A stretch of 59,611 bases of DNA from positions 1 through 59,611 of the forward strand of contig CAWGAO010000001.1 in NCBI GenBank assembly GCA_963820595.1. Direction: 5' to 3'. The notes under the pieces are model-generated. The model was given only the letters and a program-made list of their open reading frames with translations, searched no databases and had not been told where the DNA came from. A program made the translations under genes and the position numbers. Position 1 is the stretch's first letter; each line of letters starts with the position of its first letter. This DNA is from Candidatus Tagabacteria bacterium. GTDB lineage: Bacteria > Patescibacteriota > Minisyncoccia > GCA-002779875. Positions 18,820 through 28,403 of the stretch are shown piece after piece.

Positions 18820-20202
18820 TTATGCCTCCTTTTGATAAACCATCTCTCTTATTTGTCTGATTTCGTCGCGTAGTTTTTCATTATTTTTTACGTCGGCTGC
18901 AATTTTTTCATAGGCATGGATTACCGTGGTATGGTCTTTGCCTCCGAATTTTTCCCCGATATAAGGATAAGAGCTATTAAAATCTTCCCGCAGCAAATAC
19001 ATGGCGATTTGTCTAGGAAAAACTATCTGCTTTTTCCGGGTTTGTTCAAAAATATCTTTTTCGGAGATGCTATAAAATTCGGCCACAGTTTTTATCAGAT
19101 GGACGACCGTCGTTTTTTTACGTGCTCTAATATTTTTTTGAAGAACTTCACGCGCTTCCTGTAAAGAAGGGATTTTACCCAAGAGTTTCGAATGGGCAAA
19201 GACAGATTGTAAAGACCCCTCGAGCTCACGGATGTTATTTTGAACGTTATGGGCAATGTATTCGAGTATTTCCTCGGAAATAGCAAGCTCTTTTTGAGCC
19301 GCTTTCGTTTTTAAAATAGCCAGTCGTGCTTCATATTCGGGAGGAGCGATATCGGCCATCATACCTCCTTCAAAGCGCGACCTTAAGCGCTCTTCAAGTT
19401 CGGGAATAATTTTAGGCGAGCGGTCGGAGGAAAATACTATCTGCTTATTCGCTTCGTAAAGAGTATTGAAAAGATGGAAAAATTCCTCTTGAATTTTCAT
19501 CTTTCCGGAAAAAAACTGAATATCATCTATAATTAAAAGGTCGTGCTGGCGATATTTTTCCTTAAAAGACGGAATTGACTGATTTTGCATTGCTATAACA
19601 AATTCATTCGAAAATTTTTCAGATGTGAGGTACCGGATTTTAGCGTTAGGGTTGTCTTGTTTTATCTTATTGCCGATCGCCTGCAGTAAGTGTGTTTTAC
19701 CGAGACCAGTTCCTCCATAAATAAACAATGGATTATATGATGTGCCTAGGTTTTTGATTACGGCTTGAGCGGCAGCATGCGCCAATTCATTAAATGAGCC
19801 GACAATAAAATTATCGAACGTATAGCGAGGGTTTAGATTAAACTCTTTGTCTATATATACTCCGTCGAATTCGAGCTGTTCTTCTCCGGTAACTTTTAAA
19901 ATCGATTTGTAGCGCGGAATAATTTTATTACTATTGATCGGCTGGGGCAAAATAATGTATTCAACGTTTCGGATAACCGGAGATAAGGCGCGCAAAGCTT
20001 TAATGATAACTTTGTGATATTTATTAGAGAGCCATTCTTTTACAAAGGTATTCGGGACATTAAGGGTGACGACATCGTTATTTTGTTCAGCAATACTGGT
20101 GTTTTGAAACCACGTTAGGAAGTTTGGCCGAGAAACAGAGAGTTCGATTTCGGCCAACGCCTTTTCCCAAAGTTGTTCTTTTTCTATAATGTCGGTAGGC
20201 AT
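18820..20202 (-). CDS. dnaA: chromosomal replication initiator DnaA
   Basis: NPRYTFDNFIVG, YGGTGLGKTHL, IDDIQF, NIRELEG, KDHTTVIHA. Confidence 0.99.
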   Translation of the reverse strand: MPTDIIEKEQLWEKALAEIELSVSRPNFLTWFQNTSIAEQNNDVVTLNVPNTFVKEWLSNKYHKVIIKALRALSPVIRNVEYIILPQPINSNKIIPRYKSILKVTGEEQLEFDGVYIDKEFNLNPRYTFDNFIVGSFNELAHAAAQAVIKNLGTSYNPLFIYGGTGLGKTHLLQAIGNKIKQDNPNAKIRYLTSEKFSNEFVIAMQNQSIPSFKEKYRQHDLLIIDDIQFFSGKMKIQEEFFHLFNTLYEANKQIVFSSDRSPKIIPELEERLRSRFEGGMMADIAPPEYEARLAILKTKAAQKELAISEEILEYIAHNVQNNIRELEGSLQSVFAHSKLLGKIPSLQEAREVLQKNIRARKKTTVVHLIKTVAEFYSISEKDIFEQTRKKQIVFPRQIAMYLLREDFNSSYPYIGEKFGGKDHTTVIHAYEKIAADVKNNEKLRDEIRQIREMVYQKEA

Positions 20203-20276
20203 GCTAAATTTTGTTATTACATTGAGTATTATACTTTATATTGGCGAACCTCTTTTCATAAAAAATCTTAACAAGA

Positions 20277-20285
20277 TGTGGATAA
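20277..20285 (-). promoter_or_regulatory. consensus DnaA box upstream of dnaA
   Basis: TGTGGATAA (= TTATCCACA on the minus strand). Confidence 0.7.
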
Positions 20286-20332
20286 TCTGTGAATATTGAC
20301 CCCGCGAGATGTCTGTCGTATGCTTTAGGTAT

Positions 20333-20471
20333 GCCCCGTAAAGCAAAATCGAAACTAATTTCACTGTCTTGAGGGGTAAAAACAAACATTATTAAAAGAT
20401 TGATTTAATTAAGTAAAGTCGGATGTTTAGAAGAAGAAATTAGTAAGACATTCGATTTTGCCTTACGGGGT
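20333..20471. repeat. CCCCGTAA...TTACGGGGT element abutting the rpmH start
   Basis: 21-bp arms matching 19/21; the ATG of rpmH follows GGGGT directly. Confidence 0.75.
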
Positions 20472-20606
20472 ATGCTTTCTGGAACCCAGATGAAAAAAAG
20501 GAAGAGAAATAGGACGCACGGCTTTTTAAGGCGCCAACGGACAAAAAAAGGCAGTTTGGTTATTTTAAGGAGGAGGAGGAAAGGTCGGAAAAGGCTTAGC
20601 GTTTAA
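20472..20606 (+). CDS. rpmH: 50S ribosomal protein L34 (44 aa, absent from the ORF track)
   Basis: Translated by hand: MLSGTQMKKRKRNRTHGFLRRQRTKKGSLVILRRRRKGRKRLSV; canonical position divergent from dnaA. Confidence 0.93.
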   Translation: MLSGTQMKKRKRNRTHGFLRRQRTKKGSLVILRRRRKGRKRLSV

Positions 20607-20608
20607 AG

Positions 20609-20772
20609 GAATTTGCCCGCGATTTGCCGTATAGCGACAAATCGCGGTTGCAAAACCTTTACCCCGCCCTCTAAGCGGTTCGCACTTTTTTCTTTTGTGA
20701 TTATTGGTTTGATGTTTTGCTTCATATTTTCTCTTTAAATTTATGCATAGATGGGCGGGGTGCTCAAATTTT
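20609..20772 (+). mobile_element. non-autonomous copy: hairpin module + ACCCCGCCCTCT element (20661-20761) + GCTCAAATTTT
   Basis: Same ends as the GIY-YIG cassette; interior about 90% identical to 28441-28540. Confidence 0.65.
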
Positions 20773-20813
20773 CAGCAAAATTTTATTCACTTCGTTCTAA
20801 AGTTTTGGAAATT

Positions 20814-21155
20814 ATGGCACTTCCTAAAAAGCAGCGTCTTGAGAAAAAGTTAATTAGGGAGATATTACAGAAAGGCAGGACCGTTCACAATAACAATATT
20901 TCTCTAAAATATCTTATAAAATCCGACAGACAAAAAGCTTTTGCCTTTATAGTGTCCGCAAAAACTGTTAAAAAAGCTGTAAATAGAAATCTTCTGAAAA
21001 GGAGGGGACGGGCTATTGTTTTTAAACTTCTGCCTCGAATCGAAAAAGGGTTGCTGGCTCTTATTTTTTTTAAGAAAGGGAGTAAAGAGTTGTCGTTTTG
21101 CAGCTTGGAAGCAGAAATTACGCAAACTTTTCAGAAAACAGGCCTTTTAATTTAA
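20814..21155 (+). CDS. rnpA: ribonuclease P protein component
   Basis: MALPKKQRL...KKAVNRNLLKRRGR; synteny rpmH-rnpA-yidC. Confidence 0.92.
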   Translation: MALPKKQRLEKKLIREILQKGRTVHNNNISLKYLIKSDRQKAFAFIVSAKTVKKAVNRNLLKRRGRAIVFKLLPRIEKGLLALIFFKKGSKELSFCSLEAEITQTFQKTGLLI

Positions 21156-21164
21156 ATTCAAATT

Positions 21165-21902
21165 ATGATTGGGAATTTGTTTCACCTTATTTTTTATCAG
21201 CCGCTATACAACGCGCTCGTTTTTCTTGTCGGCGTAATTCCTTTCCACGACGTCGGAATTGCCGTTATCGCTTTAACTCTTATAGTTCGGGCCATTCTTT
21301 TCCCGTTGAGCCATCGCTCCATTATTACTCAACGGAAAATGAGGGAAATAGAGCCGGAAGTTAAAAAAATCAAAGAGCAATACAAAAAAGATTCTCAAGA
21401 GCAAACGAAAAAAATAATGGCTCTTTATAAAGAACATGGCGTTAGCCCCTTCTCGGGTTTTTTTATGCTGATAATTCAGCTCCCGATTTTAATCGCCTTA
21501 TATAAGCTGTTTTCAAGCGGTATAAAGTTTAATCTTGGTGATTTGTATTCGTTTATGAGTATGCCGGCTGTTATAAAGGCGCAATTTCTCGGTCTTATAG
21601 ATATTTCCAAAAGTAATTATATTTTAGCCATTCTCGCCGGTCTCACTCAATTTTTTCAAATGCAACTGGCGATGCCTAAAATAAAGAAGCAGGAAGCCGG
21701 AGGCGGTTCTTTCCAAGACAATCTTAGCCGCAGTATGAGCGTTCAAGCCAAATACATCATGCCCGTTTTCATATCTTTCATCGCTCTTAAATTTTCTTCC
21801 GGCATCGCTTTGTATTGGACAGCAATGAACGTTTTTGCTATAGTGCACGAAGCCATTGTGGCTTACCGGGCCAAAAAGATTAAAGAAAATAAGGAGCGTT
21901 AG
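21165..21902 (+). CDS. yidC: membrane protein insertase YidC/Oxa1
   Basis: IVRAILFPL, IKEQYKKD..EQ...MALYKEHGVSP, QLPIL, ALYW. Confidence 0.95.
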   Translation: MIGNLFHLIFYQPLYNALVFLVGVIPFHDVGIAVIALTLIVRAILFPLSHRSIITQRKMREIEPEVKKIKEQYKKDSQEQTKKIMALYKEHGVSPFSGFFMLIIQLPILIALYKLFSSGIKFNLGDLYSFMSMPAVIKAQFLGLIDISKSNYILAILAGLTQFFQMQLAMPKIKKQEAGGGSFQDNLSRSMSVQAKYIMPVFISFIALKFSSGIALYWTAMNVFAIVHEAIVAYRAKKIKENKER

Positions 21903-21991
21903 CGACTATATTTTTCTTAACCCGCCCAAGTTTTTGCTTCGCAAAAATTTAGGCGGGTGATGATTTTTACAGTCGTTTCACTCCTTAAAAA
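21902..21991 (+). repeat. minimal family member: ACCCGCCC hairpin with shared flanks
   Basis: GCGACTATATTTTTCTTA-ACCCGCCCAAGTTTTTGCTTCGCAAAAATTTAGGCGGGT-GATGATTTTTACAGTCGTTTCACTCCTTAA. Confidence 0.75.
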
Positions 21992-21997
21992 TCTATC

Positions 21998-22462
21998 ATG
22001 AAACCGCAATTAGAAACCATTAAAACAATTATTGAAACGCTATTAGCGAGATTAGGGGTTAGAGGAGAGGTTGAGTATATGGAAACGGGCGAAGGAACCC
22101 GTTTCCTTATTAAAACTCACGAAGGAGCTCTTTTAATCGGCGAAAACGGGCAAAATTTGTTGGCGTTGAGTCATATAGTAAAAAAAATAGTCGATCAGAC
22201 TCTTAACGAGCCAAAGGAAACGAAGCCTATTTTTTCATTGGATGTCAATGATTATCAGGCGAAAAGAATTGAAGATTTGAAAAATTTGGCACGTTTAAAT
22301 GCTCAACGGGTGCGATATTTTAAAAAAGAAATTATAATGAGGCCTATGACGTCGTTTGAGCGGCGCATTATTCACGCCGTGCTTACTGAATGTCCCGATA
22401 TAACGACGGAAAGCACGGGTGAAGAGCCGAATCGCAAAGTAGTGATAAAGCCTTATCCGTAA
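21998..22462 (+). CDS. jag: Jag/EloR/KhpB RNA-binding protein (KH + R3H)
   Basis: LLIGENGQNL, LDVNDY, MTSFERRIIH, STGEEPNRKVVI. Confidence 0.92.
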   Translation: MKPQLETIKTIIETLLARLGVRGEVEYMETGEGTRFLIKTHEGALLIGENGQNLLALSHIVKKIVDQTLNEPKETKPIFSLDVNDYQAKRIEDLKNLARLNAQRVRYFKKEIIMRPMTSFERRIIHAVLTECPDITTESTGEEPNRKVVIKPYP

Positions 22463-22464
22463 AA

Positions 22465-22502
22465 AACAAAAATCGTTCCTCTTTTGAGGAACGATTTTTG
22501 TT
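22465..22502. terminator. bidirectional intrinsic terminator
   Basis: 17-bp stem AACAAAAATCGTTCCTC/GAGGAACGATTTTTGTT between convergent operons. Confidence 0.8.
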
Positions 22503-22513
22503 AAAAAATCTGA

Positions 22514-23749
22514 CTACGAACTCACTTGAAGGCTCCATAAGGTGCCGTCTTTTTTGTTTTGGAAGAAAAGATAATCTTCGTTTTTGCTAAGAAAAAGATT
22601 TACAAGGTCAAACCCATTATTAGTTTCATTCGAGAGAATTTCGGTCGACCCATTAATAGTATCAATCCTCCAGATTCTGTCGGAGAAAGAAACCAGTCCC
22701 TGGTACCAGTCATCCGGATACGTCCCCGTAGGAATAGAGGAGGGCGCTGCGCAGTAGAGAGTTCCTTTTTTTAATTTGCTCCAGGCGCATTTTTCCGGTA
22801 AAGTAGTCAAGCTAAAAAGGGTTGTTTTTTTTTCTTTGACGTCGAAGAGGCTTGTTTTCAGCCCCTCGAGACTTTCTTCGCTATAAAGGATGCGTTCGCC
22901 GTCCGGCGACCAAAGCGCGGTCAATCCTTGGACATTGCCTAAAACTCTATCAAAAGAGCCGGTTGCCGGATCTAGTTTGTATAAAAAGCCATTAATAGCC
23001 GCTGAAGGTTTTGAAAGAAGAGCGATAATATTTGCCGAAGGCCATGAGGCGAGCCAATCTCCAAACGGCGTCGAAAGAATCTGTTTTTGTTTTTTATCTT
23101 CAAATGTTGCGGTTATGCCGACGTTCGTGCCTTCAAAGGGAGTCAGGTAAAATATAGTGTTTCCTTTTGGAGAAGAGGCGAGAGTCTTGATTGTTGACAA
23201 TAAGAAAATGCCGCGAGTTATCATGGTAGCTGTTGTAGTAGCTATGGAAATTACCGAGAAATTCCGGATTATGTCTTTAACGCCTGTTTCGTTTTCTTCA
23301 ATGTAACGAATTACGGCTTGATTTCCGCTTGGCGACCAATAAACTTCGAAAATATTGGGGATAGTGGTGTTCGAAATTCGGACAGGAGTCCCGTTTGGCA
23401 ATTTTATATCGTAAATATGGCCGGTTGCTTTTTCAAAATAACGCACCGTTTCGATTTTAGTTTTATCCGGATTTATTTTTTCAACAAAAGTCGCGCCGAT
23501 GACCGGCTTTTGAGTGAGTTGAGTCAAAGATTTTAACGGCCCCGGTGAAATGATTGTTGGGGTTGTTGCGGCGCCGGGAGTTGTGGGCTGGCCCGAGGTC
23601 TTGCCGCCAGCCGCGGGAAAAGTGCCTCCGCCGGGAAAAGTCGGTTGGGTGGCAGGAGCAGGCTTGGCAAAATAAACCCAGAAAACAATAAGACCGATAA
23701 TAACAAGGCCTACGATTGCGCCTATAAGAACTAAATAACGTTTATCCAT
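22514..23749 (-). CDS. membrane-anchored TolB-like beta-propeller protein
   Basis: N-terminal TM helix, Pro/Thr linker, repeated WSPSG/WSPDG motifs. Confidence 0.7.
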   Translation of the reverse strand: MDKRYLVLIGAIVGLVIIGLIVFWVYFAKPAPATQPTFPGGGTFPAAGGKTSGQPTTPGAATTPTIISPGPLKSLTQLTQKPVIGATFVEKINPDKTKIETVRYFEKATGHIYDIKLPNGTPVRISNTTIPNIFEVYWSPSGNQAVIRYIEENETGVKDIIRNFSVISIATTTATMITRGIFLLSTIKTLASSPKGNTIFYLTPFEGTNVGITATFEDKKQKQILSTPFGDWLASWPSANIIALLSKPSAAINGFLYKLDPATGSFDRVLGNVQGLTALWSPDGERILYSEESLEGLKTSLFDVKEKKTTLFSLTTLPEKCAWSKLKKGTLYCAAPSSIPTGTYPDDWYQGLVSFSDRIWRIDTINGSTEILSNETNNGFDLVNLFLSKNEDYLFFQNKKDGTLWSLQVSS

Positions 23750-24170
23750 AATTTTTTATCTGACTTATTGATTGCGTAGGTATAGGAGGAACTGTTAATT
23801 TTCCTTTGGCCAAGTCGGGGTTGATTGTGTATAAAATGAGCCAGGCAGCTACCGCCAAAAGCAGGCCGAGGAGAGCTTGGGTGATGCGGTCTTTCGCATT
23901 TTCGACTGCGGATGAATTGCCGTAAGCAGTCATATACTGAATGCCCCCAATGACAATCATTGCCACTGCGAGGATGCCGGCTATGCTGATGCCAAAAGCA
24001 AAAACCGCTTCCAGATAAGTGGAAAGGCCAATGCCTTCTCCGGGAACAAGCTGAGAGCCGTAGTAAGGTATAGGTTCCAAAAGTTTGTATTGCTCCGCGG
24101 CAAAAACGCTGATAGCTCCTAAAAACCCGATAATTATTAATAATTTTATTACAAAAGAAATTTTTTTCAT
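23742..24170 (-). CDS. CPR pilin (VirB2/TrbC-like)
   Basis: Signal peptide, then hydrophobic pair LAVAMIVIGGIQYM...AKDRITQALLGLLL. Confidence 0.8.
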   Translation of the reverse strand: MKKISFVIKLLIIIGFLGAISVFAAEQYKLLEPIPYYGSQLVPGEGIGLSTYLEAVFAFGISIAGILAVAMIVIGGIQYMTAYGNSSAVENAKDRITQALLGLLLAVAAWLILYTINPDLAKGKLTVPPIPTQSISQIKNYG

Positions 24171-24172
24171 TT

Positions 24173-25168
24173 TTATTCGAAATTAAAATTAACCTGCAAG
24201 GACCTTGAGGCTGCTTCCAAAATATTTGCCTGATTATTGAGGGTTAATTTTACGTTACTGACGCCTTTCGTGCCGGAGGAAACCGCTAATTTAAGCACGT
24301 TAGGTTTCTGGGGAGTATCGATTGTTTTGTCGTTCATCTGCCAAACGTATGAAAGTCCCGGTAAGCCTCTTTCGGAAAAAAAGAAGGGTTCGGCTCGAAG
24401 GATCAGCTCCTCTTTGGAGAGGGTAAAATTGCTGCCCAGTTCGTTCTGGTACCTGGGTCCTTCAAGGGGGTTTTCTTCGTAGAAAAGGATCTCAGGCTGG
24501 ATTATATAGATGATGACTTGGCTTTCCGCCGTTGCGCTTTTATCCAAAGTCGAAACTTTAACGTCAATCACTTCTTGCCCGGATTCGTCGGAATAAAAAG
24601 TTAAGGTTTTCTTTCCCTGACCCGAGGCATCGGGAAGATTCTTGTCGTTCCGCTGCCATTCGTAAACGAGTTTTGAGTCGGACACCCCAAGACCTTGGGG
24701 TATGGCAGTGACTTTTATCGATGCCTGAGGCGAGACTAGAGCTTTGCCCCGGTATTGGGGTGGAGTGTAAGTCGGGGTTTCCCAAAGGAGGTCTACCGCG
24801 CCCGCCCTGAACGTAAAAGATTTGCTTAGCGTATGTTCCTCCGCCGTGATGATTGAAACGTCGAGGTCGGTTTCGGTGCCGAGGCCGCCGGTAGTGAAAG
24901 AAAAGGTGTTTCCGGTCGCCTGGATTTTACCGTTAACGAGCCAGGCAACGGTGGCACGGTTGATGTCGAATGTGTAGCTTATCGCCTGGGCCGAAACCTG
25001 CGTGTTGGGGCCGGGGTGTTCGGGAGCGAACTGAACGATGAAATCTTCTCCGGACGTAGCCGGTACGGTTGGCATTGTGACATTATATTGCGCGTTAACG
25101 TGGTTTAACGTGAAAAAGACTGCGATTATCGCGAAAATAACAAATGTTTTAAGGATGTCTTTTTTCAT
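24173..25168 (-). CDS. secreted Ig-fold repeat protein
   Basis: Signal peptide; repeated beta-sandwich-like YEWQ/YVWQ segments. Confidence 0.7.
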   Translation of the reverse strand: MKKDILKTFVIFAIIAVFFTLNHVNAQYNVTMPTVPATSGEDFIVQFAPEHPGPNTQVSAQAISYTFDINRATVAWLVNGKIQATGNTFSFTTGGLGTETDLDVSIITAEEHTLSKSFTFRAGAVDLLWETPTYTPPQYRGKALVSPQASIKVTAIPQGLGVSDSKLVYEWQRNDKNLPDASGQGKKTLTFYSDESGQEVIDVKVSTLDKSATAESQVIIYIIQPEILFYEENPLEGPRYQNELGSNFTLSKEELILRAEPFFFSERGLPGLSYVWQMNDKTIDTPQKPNVLKLAVSSGTKGVSNVKLTLNNQANILEAASRSLQVNFNFE

Positions 25169-25641
25169 ATTGCCTTTTTTGCTATTCCTTCGATCTCCTC
25201 TCCTAATTTTCCGGCCACTTTTCCGAGCATTTTTTGGTCTTGTATCAATAAATATATTATAGCACCAAAATAACCGCCGAAAAAACTGCCCGCTGCGCCG
25301 TAATAAAGAGCTTTAATCCATTTTTTGGGCGCCCCTTTTGCGATTTTGCCGGTTAGCCAAATAAAAAATGCAAATCCTACAAAGATATTGATAATAAGAT
25401 TGATTATCCATCCCGCGAACGGAATAAAATCTAGCGCCCATGACACCACTGCCACGAGTCCGGTAAACGCCAGAAGCAATATCGCTTCTCCTTTATTGAT
25501 AAACTGTTCTTCGGCTGGTTTTGCCGCTCCTTTTTCAGTTTCTTCCTCTCTTTCTTCTTCGGCCGCCATTTCATCGGCCATCCGCGCTTGTTGCAACTCC
25601 ATCAGACGTTGTTCTTCGATTGTAATTTCGCCATTTGGCAT
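25165..25641 (-). CDS. small integral membrane protein
   Basis: Acidic N-terminus and about three hydrophobic helices; translationally coupled in the operon. Confidence 0.7.
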   Translation of the reverse strand: MPNGEITIEEQRLMELQQARMADEMAAEEEREEETEKGAAKPAEEQFINKGEAILLLAFTGLVAVVSWALDFIPFAGWIINLIINIFVGFAFFIWLTGKIAKGAPKKWIKALYYGAAGSFFGGYFGAIIYLLIQDQKMLGKVAGKLGEEIEGIAKKAI

Positions 25642-25645
25642 TTAT

Positions 25646-27523
25646 TTATACATTGATTATTTTCGGCGACATTTGCTGCGCTTGTTTGTTTTCGGTTGCC
25701 TCCGAGGCTTGCGCGAATTCCTGTTTTGCCTTTTTAATCGCCAAGAGCTGGGCCGGGTCGGAAGTTATAATCTGGTCTTCGGTATAAGAGCTTATAATTT
25801 TAATGGCAACGTGTTTTAAGCCGGCGAAAAATATTCCTTCGCCGACGTCCGATTCCAAAAGAAGGAATTTTTCTTCTTCCGTAAGATTGAAAGTTTGTTT
25901 TACCAGGTCTATCGTAGCCGGTGATTGTTTCAGGAGAACCTGAATGGAAGAGTTTGTGATAATGGGTACGCCATAAGGCGATTTCATAAAATCGCCTACG
26001 TCCTGCGTAATGGTCGCTACGCCCAAGAAATATTTTCTGGCGCGCTTGCAAAGGCCGAAAAGGAACGAGGCGGCGTCTTCCGACTTCATCATTGTCCAAG
26101 CCTCGTCGATAACCAGCAGTCTTTTCTTAATTTGGCGTCGAATCGCGTTCCAAATGTAGTGAGTGATAATGTACATTGCCGCCGGCCGGAGTTCGTCTTC
26201 CATATCGCGTATGGAGAAAACAATGAACTTTTGATTGATATCGACATTCGTAGGCTGATTGATAAATCCTGCCCATGTTCCTTTTGTGTATTTTCGCAAT
26301 TTTTGCGCCAAGGTTTCTCCGCCCTCCATATTCAAAAGAACCAGTTCCAGATCCGACAAAATCGGAGGGGTGGCCTTTAAAAAATCAGTTTCTTCCGTGA
26401 TGTCGCGGGAAGCGTAAGTTTCGGTGATTGCCCTGTCTAAAACAGAATCTTCTTCAGGAGACAATCCGCCAAGTAAAATCCTGAATAAGCCTACTAAGTT
26501 AATTATATTTGAACGCAAGATATCGCCCGGAGCTTCGTCTTCGCGAGGAATGGGCAGGTCAAAGGGGTTAATATGGTGCCGGGAAGTAAGAGAGATGTTA
26601 AAGTAGCGGCCGTCGACGGCCTGGGCCAAATATTCGTATTCCCGCTCGGGATCGATGACAATAATGTCCGTGTCGAACATCAATGAGCGCAGAATTTCCA
26701 GTTTTGTGGTGTAACTTTTGCCGGCGCCGGCTTTGGCAAAAATCACCGAGTTGTAATTCTCGAGAGAATAGCGGTCAAAAAGCACCAAACTGTTATTGTG
26801 GCGATTTATGCCGTAGAGAATGCCTCTGTTGGATGTCAGGTCAAACGATACGAACGGGAAAACACTTGAAAGGGGAGATGAATTAAAACGGCTGTGGATG
26901 CTCAACTTGTCGGTTCCCAGAGGAAATACTGTATTTATGCCTTCGTTTTGCTGGAAAAGCGCGGGCTTAACGTAAATAAGCCGTGATTCGAGCATGGAGC
27001 GGATTTCGGTTTCAACTTTATCAAGTTCTTCCAGCGTATTGCCATAAAGCGTGATATAAATTCCGAGACTGAAGAGTCGTTCCGAGGCTTGCTGGAGTTT
27101 GTCCCGCAGTGTTTCCAGGTCTTGGTAGGCGATATCAAGCGCCGGATCCCTTACCAGGCCTTTTTCTTCGCGGATGTGGATTTGCGATTGGACTTCGGCG
27201 ACTTTTTTCTGGAGTTGGCGCATAACGCCTACGGTTTCAATCGGATGGACAAATATCGAAATATCAAAAACCTTATCCAAATTAATAATAGGCGAAAACC
27301 AATTAGCGGCCAAAAACCTGGGATAAGACATGATAAAAAACGTGCGTGCGACTTTATCGCCCAATCGGATATAATTGGCGTTTATCTCAAGCGCGGATGG
27401 AGCAATGACGTCTTTGAGCTCCATTATGCCTGCCGCGTATATTTCTTCCGGAAAAGTCGGGAGAATTTCGCCGCTTACTTCTTTTTTCGCACCTCTTGTT
27501 TTGAAAATATCCGCTATGTCCAT
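25646..27523 (-). CDS. VirB4-like ATPase (C-terminal/ATPase part)
   Basis: Walker A AKAGAGKS, VIDPEREY, INPFD, Walker B LLVIDEAW, RARKY, ITQD. Confidence 0.9.
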   Translation of the reverse strand: MDIADIFKTRGAKKEVSGEILPTFPEEIYAAGIMELKDVIAPSALEINANYIRLGDKVARTFFIMSYPRFLAANWFSPIINLDKVFDISIFVHPIETVGVMRQLQKKVAEVQSQIHIREEKGLVRDPALDIAYQDLETLRDKLQQASERLFSLGIYITLYGNTLEELDKVETEIRSMLESRLIYVKPALFQQNEGINTVFPLGTDKLSIHSRFNSSPLSSVFPFVSFDLTSNRGILYGINRHNNSLVLFDRYSLENYNSVIFAKAGAGKSYTTKLEILRSLMFDTDIIVIDPEREYEYLAQAVDGRYFNISLTSRHHINPFDLPIPREDEAPGDILRSNIINLVGLFRILLGGLSPEEDSVLDRAITETYASRDITEETDFLKATPPILSDLELVLLNMEGGETLAQKLRKYTKGTWAGFINQPTNVDINQKFIVFSIRDMEDELRPAAMYIITHYIWNAIRRQIKKRLLVIDEAWTMMKSEDAASFLFGLCKRARKYFLGVATITQDVGDFMKSPYGVPIITNSSIQVLLKQSPATIDLVKQTFNLTEEEKFLLLESDVGEGIFFAGLKHVAIKIISSYTEDQIITSDPAQLLAIKKAKQEFAQASEATENKQAQQMSPKIINV

Positions 27524-27525
27524 AA

Positions 27526-27728
27526 CAAAAATTAAGGAGTTAAACGACTATAATTTTTGAGCACCCCCTCTTTTACACCCAAAAATGGAATTTTTATTTT
27601 CCAGATTTTGTTTCGGTATTCATTGTGTGATTTATTCATAATTTTCATTTTTATTGGGGGTTAAAAGAGGGGGTAAAGGTTTTGCAGCCGCGATTTGTCT
27701 CTTCGTTCCAAATCGCGGGCAAATTCAC
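27526..27728 (-). repeat. family element (ACCCCCTCTTTTA arms, 27563-27674) with hairpin module and 42-bp leader
   Basis: 13-bp perfect arms; hairpin module at 27675-27728; 27526-27567 is identical to 28404-28445. Confidence 0.85.
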
Positions 27729-27729
27729 T

Positions 27730-28401
27730 TTATTGCTGGGATGAGGCCATGCCTCCTTTTGCGAGTTCGCCGGGGTTATATAATGTATAAAAAAGTTCGA
27801 TTAATTCTTCCGTATTTAATAAAACAGCCCTGACGCCGGTTCGAGCCAGACCTTGGATAACCGATTCAACCCGCTGCTGAAGCTGGCTTTTATATTCTTC
27901 GAATTTATCCTCCCCTAATCCTTTTTTATTGGTTTTTTTGCCGCCAAATAGCGTGCTGAAGACGCCTTTTGCTTCGCCTAAAGGTCCGCCTTTGCTTCCG
28001 CCGAAGGTGGGAGGGCTGTAGGGGATGACAACGTAAAAAGTTTTTGAAACTATTTCCGTCAAGCTTACAAAATTTTTGACGAATTCGATATATTCCCGGA
28101 TTTGGATTTTTAAAAGGTCATTAACCTGTTTTTTCTCGGCATCTCTTAAGCTGTCCAGATAGGGTTCTATGTTCAGGCGCCTTGATTCGATAAAAAATTG
28201 AATTGAGAAATCGAGCGAATTTAAAAAATCCTGGTATTGGTCGATAATGGCTTCCTGTTCGTCGGCCGATTTTAACGCAAAGTTAAGAGAAGACGTCATT
28301 AATGCCATGCGCATACCGCCGTCTTCCAAAATAATGACGCCATCACGGATTTCTTTTATGGATACGAATTGCTGTGAAGCTTTTGCTTTTTGTACGGCCA
28401 T
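27730..28401 (-). CDS. VirB4 N-terminal-like protein of the CPR T4SS-like locus
   Basis: SLNFALKSADEQEAII..Y..FLNSLDFSIQ...LNTEELIELFY, resembling the N-terminal region of Gram-positive-type VirB4. Confidence 0.7.
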   Translation of the reverse strand: MAVQKAKASQQFVSIKEIRDGVIILEDGGMRMALMTSSLNFALKSADEQEAIIDQYQDFLNSLDFSIQFFIESRRLNIEPYLDSLRDAEKKQVNDLLKIQIREYIEFVKNFVSLTEIVSKTFYVVIPYSPPTFGGSKGGPLGEAKGVFSTLFGGKKTNKKGLGEDKFEEYKSQLQQRVESVIQGLARTGVRAVLLNTEELIELFYTLYNPGELAKGGMASSQQ

Positions 28402-28403
28402 GC

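Noticed and set aside
20299-20370. Second interleaved ACCCCGCGAGA...TCTTGAGGGGT pair upstream of dnaA
   Set aside because: The arms are short with several mismatches, so chance or decay cannot be distinguished.
20751-20813. N-terminal extensions in track ORFs (rnpA MGGVLKF..., 7196 MLGERF..., pilB MTSQGE...)
   Set aside because: They are read-through into repeat elements; downstream ATGs give normal protein starts.
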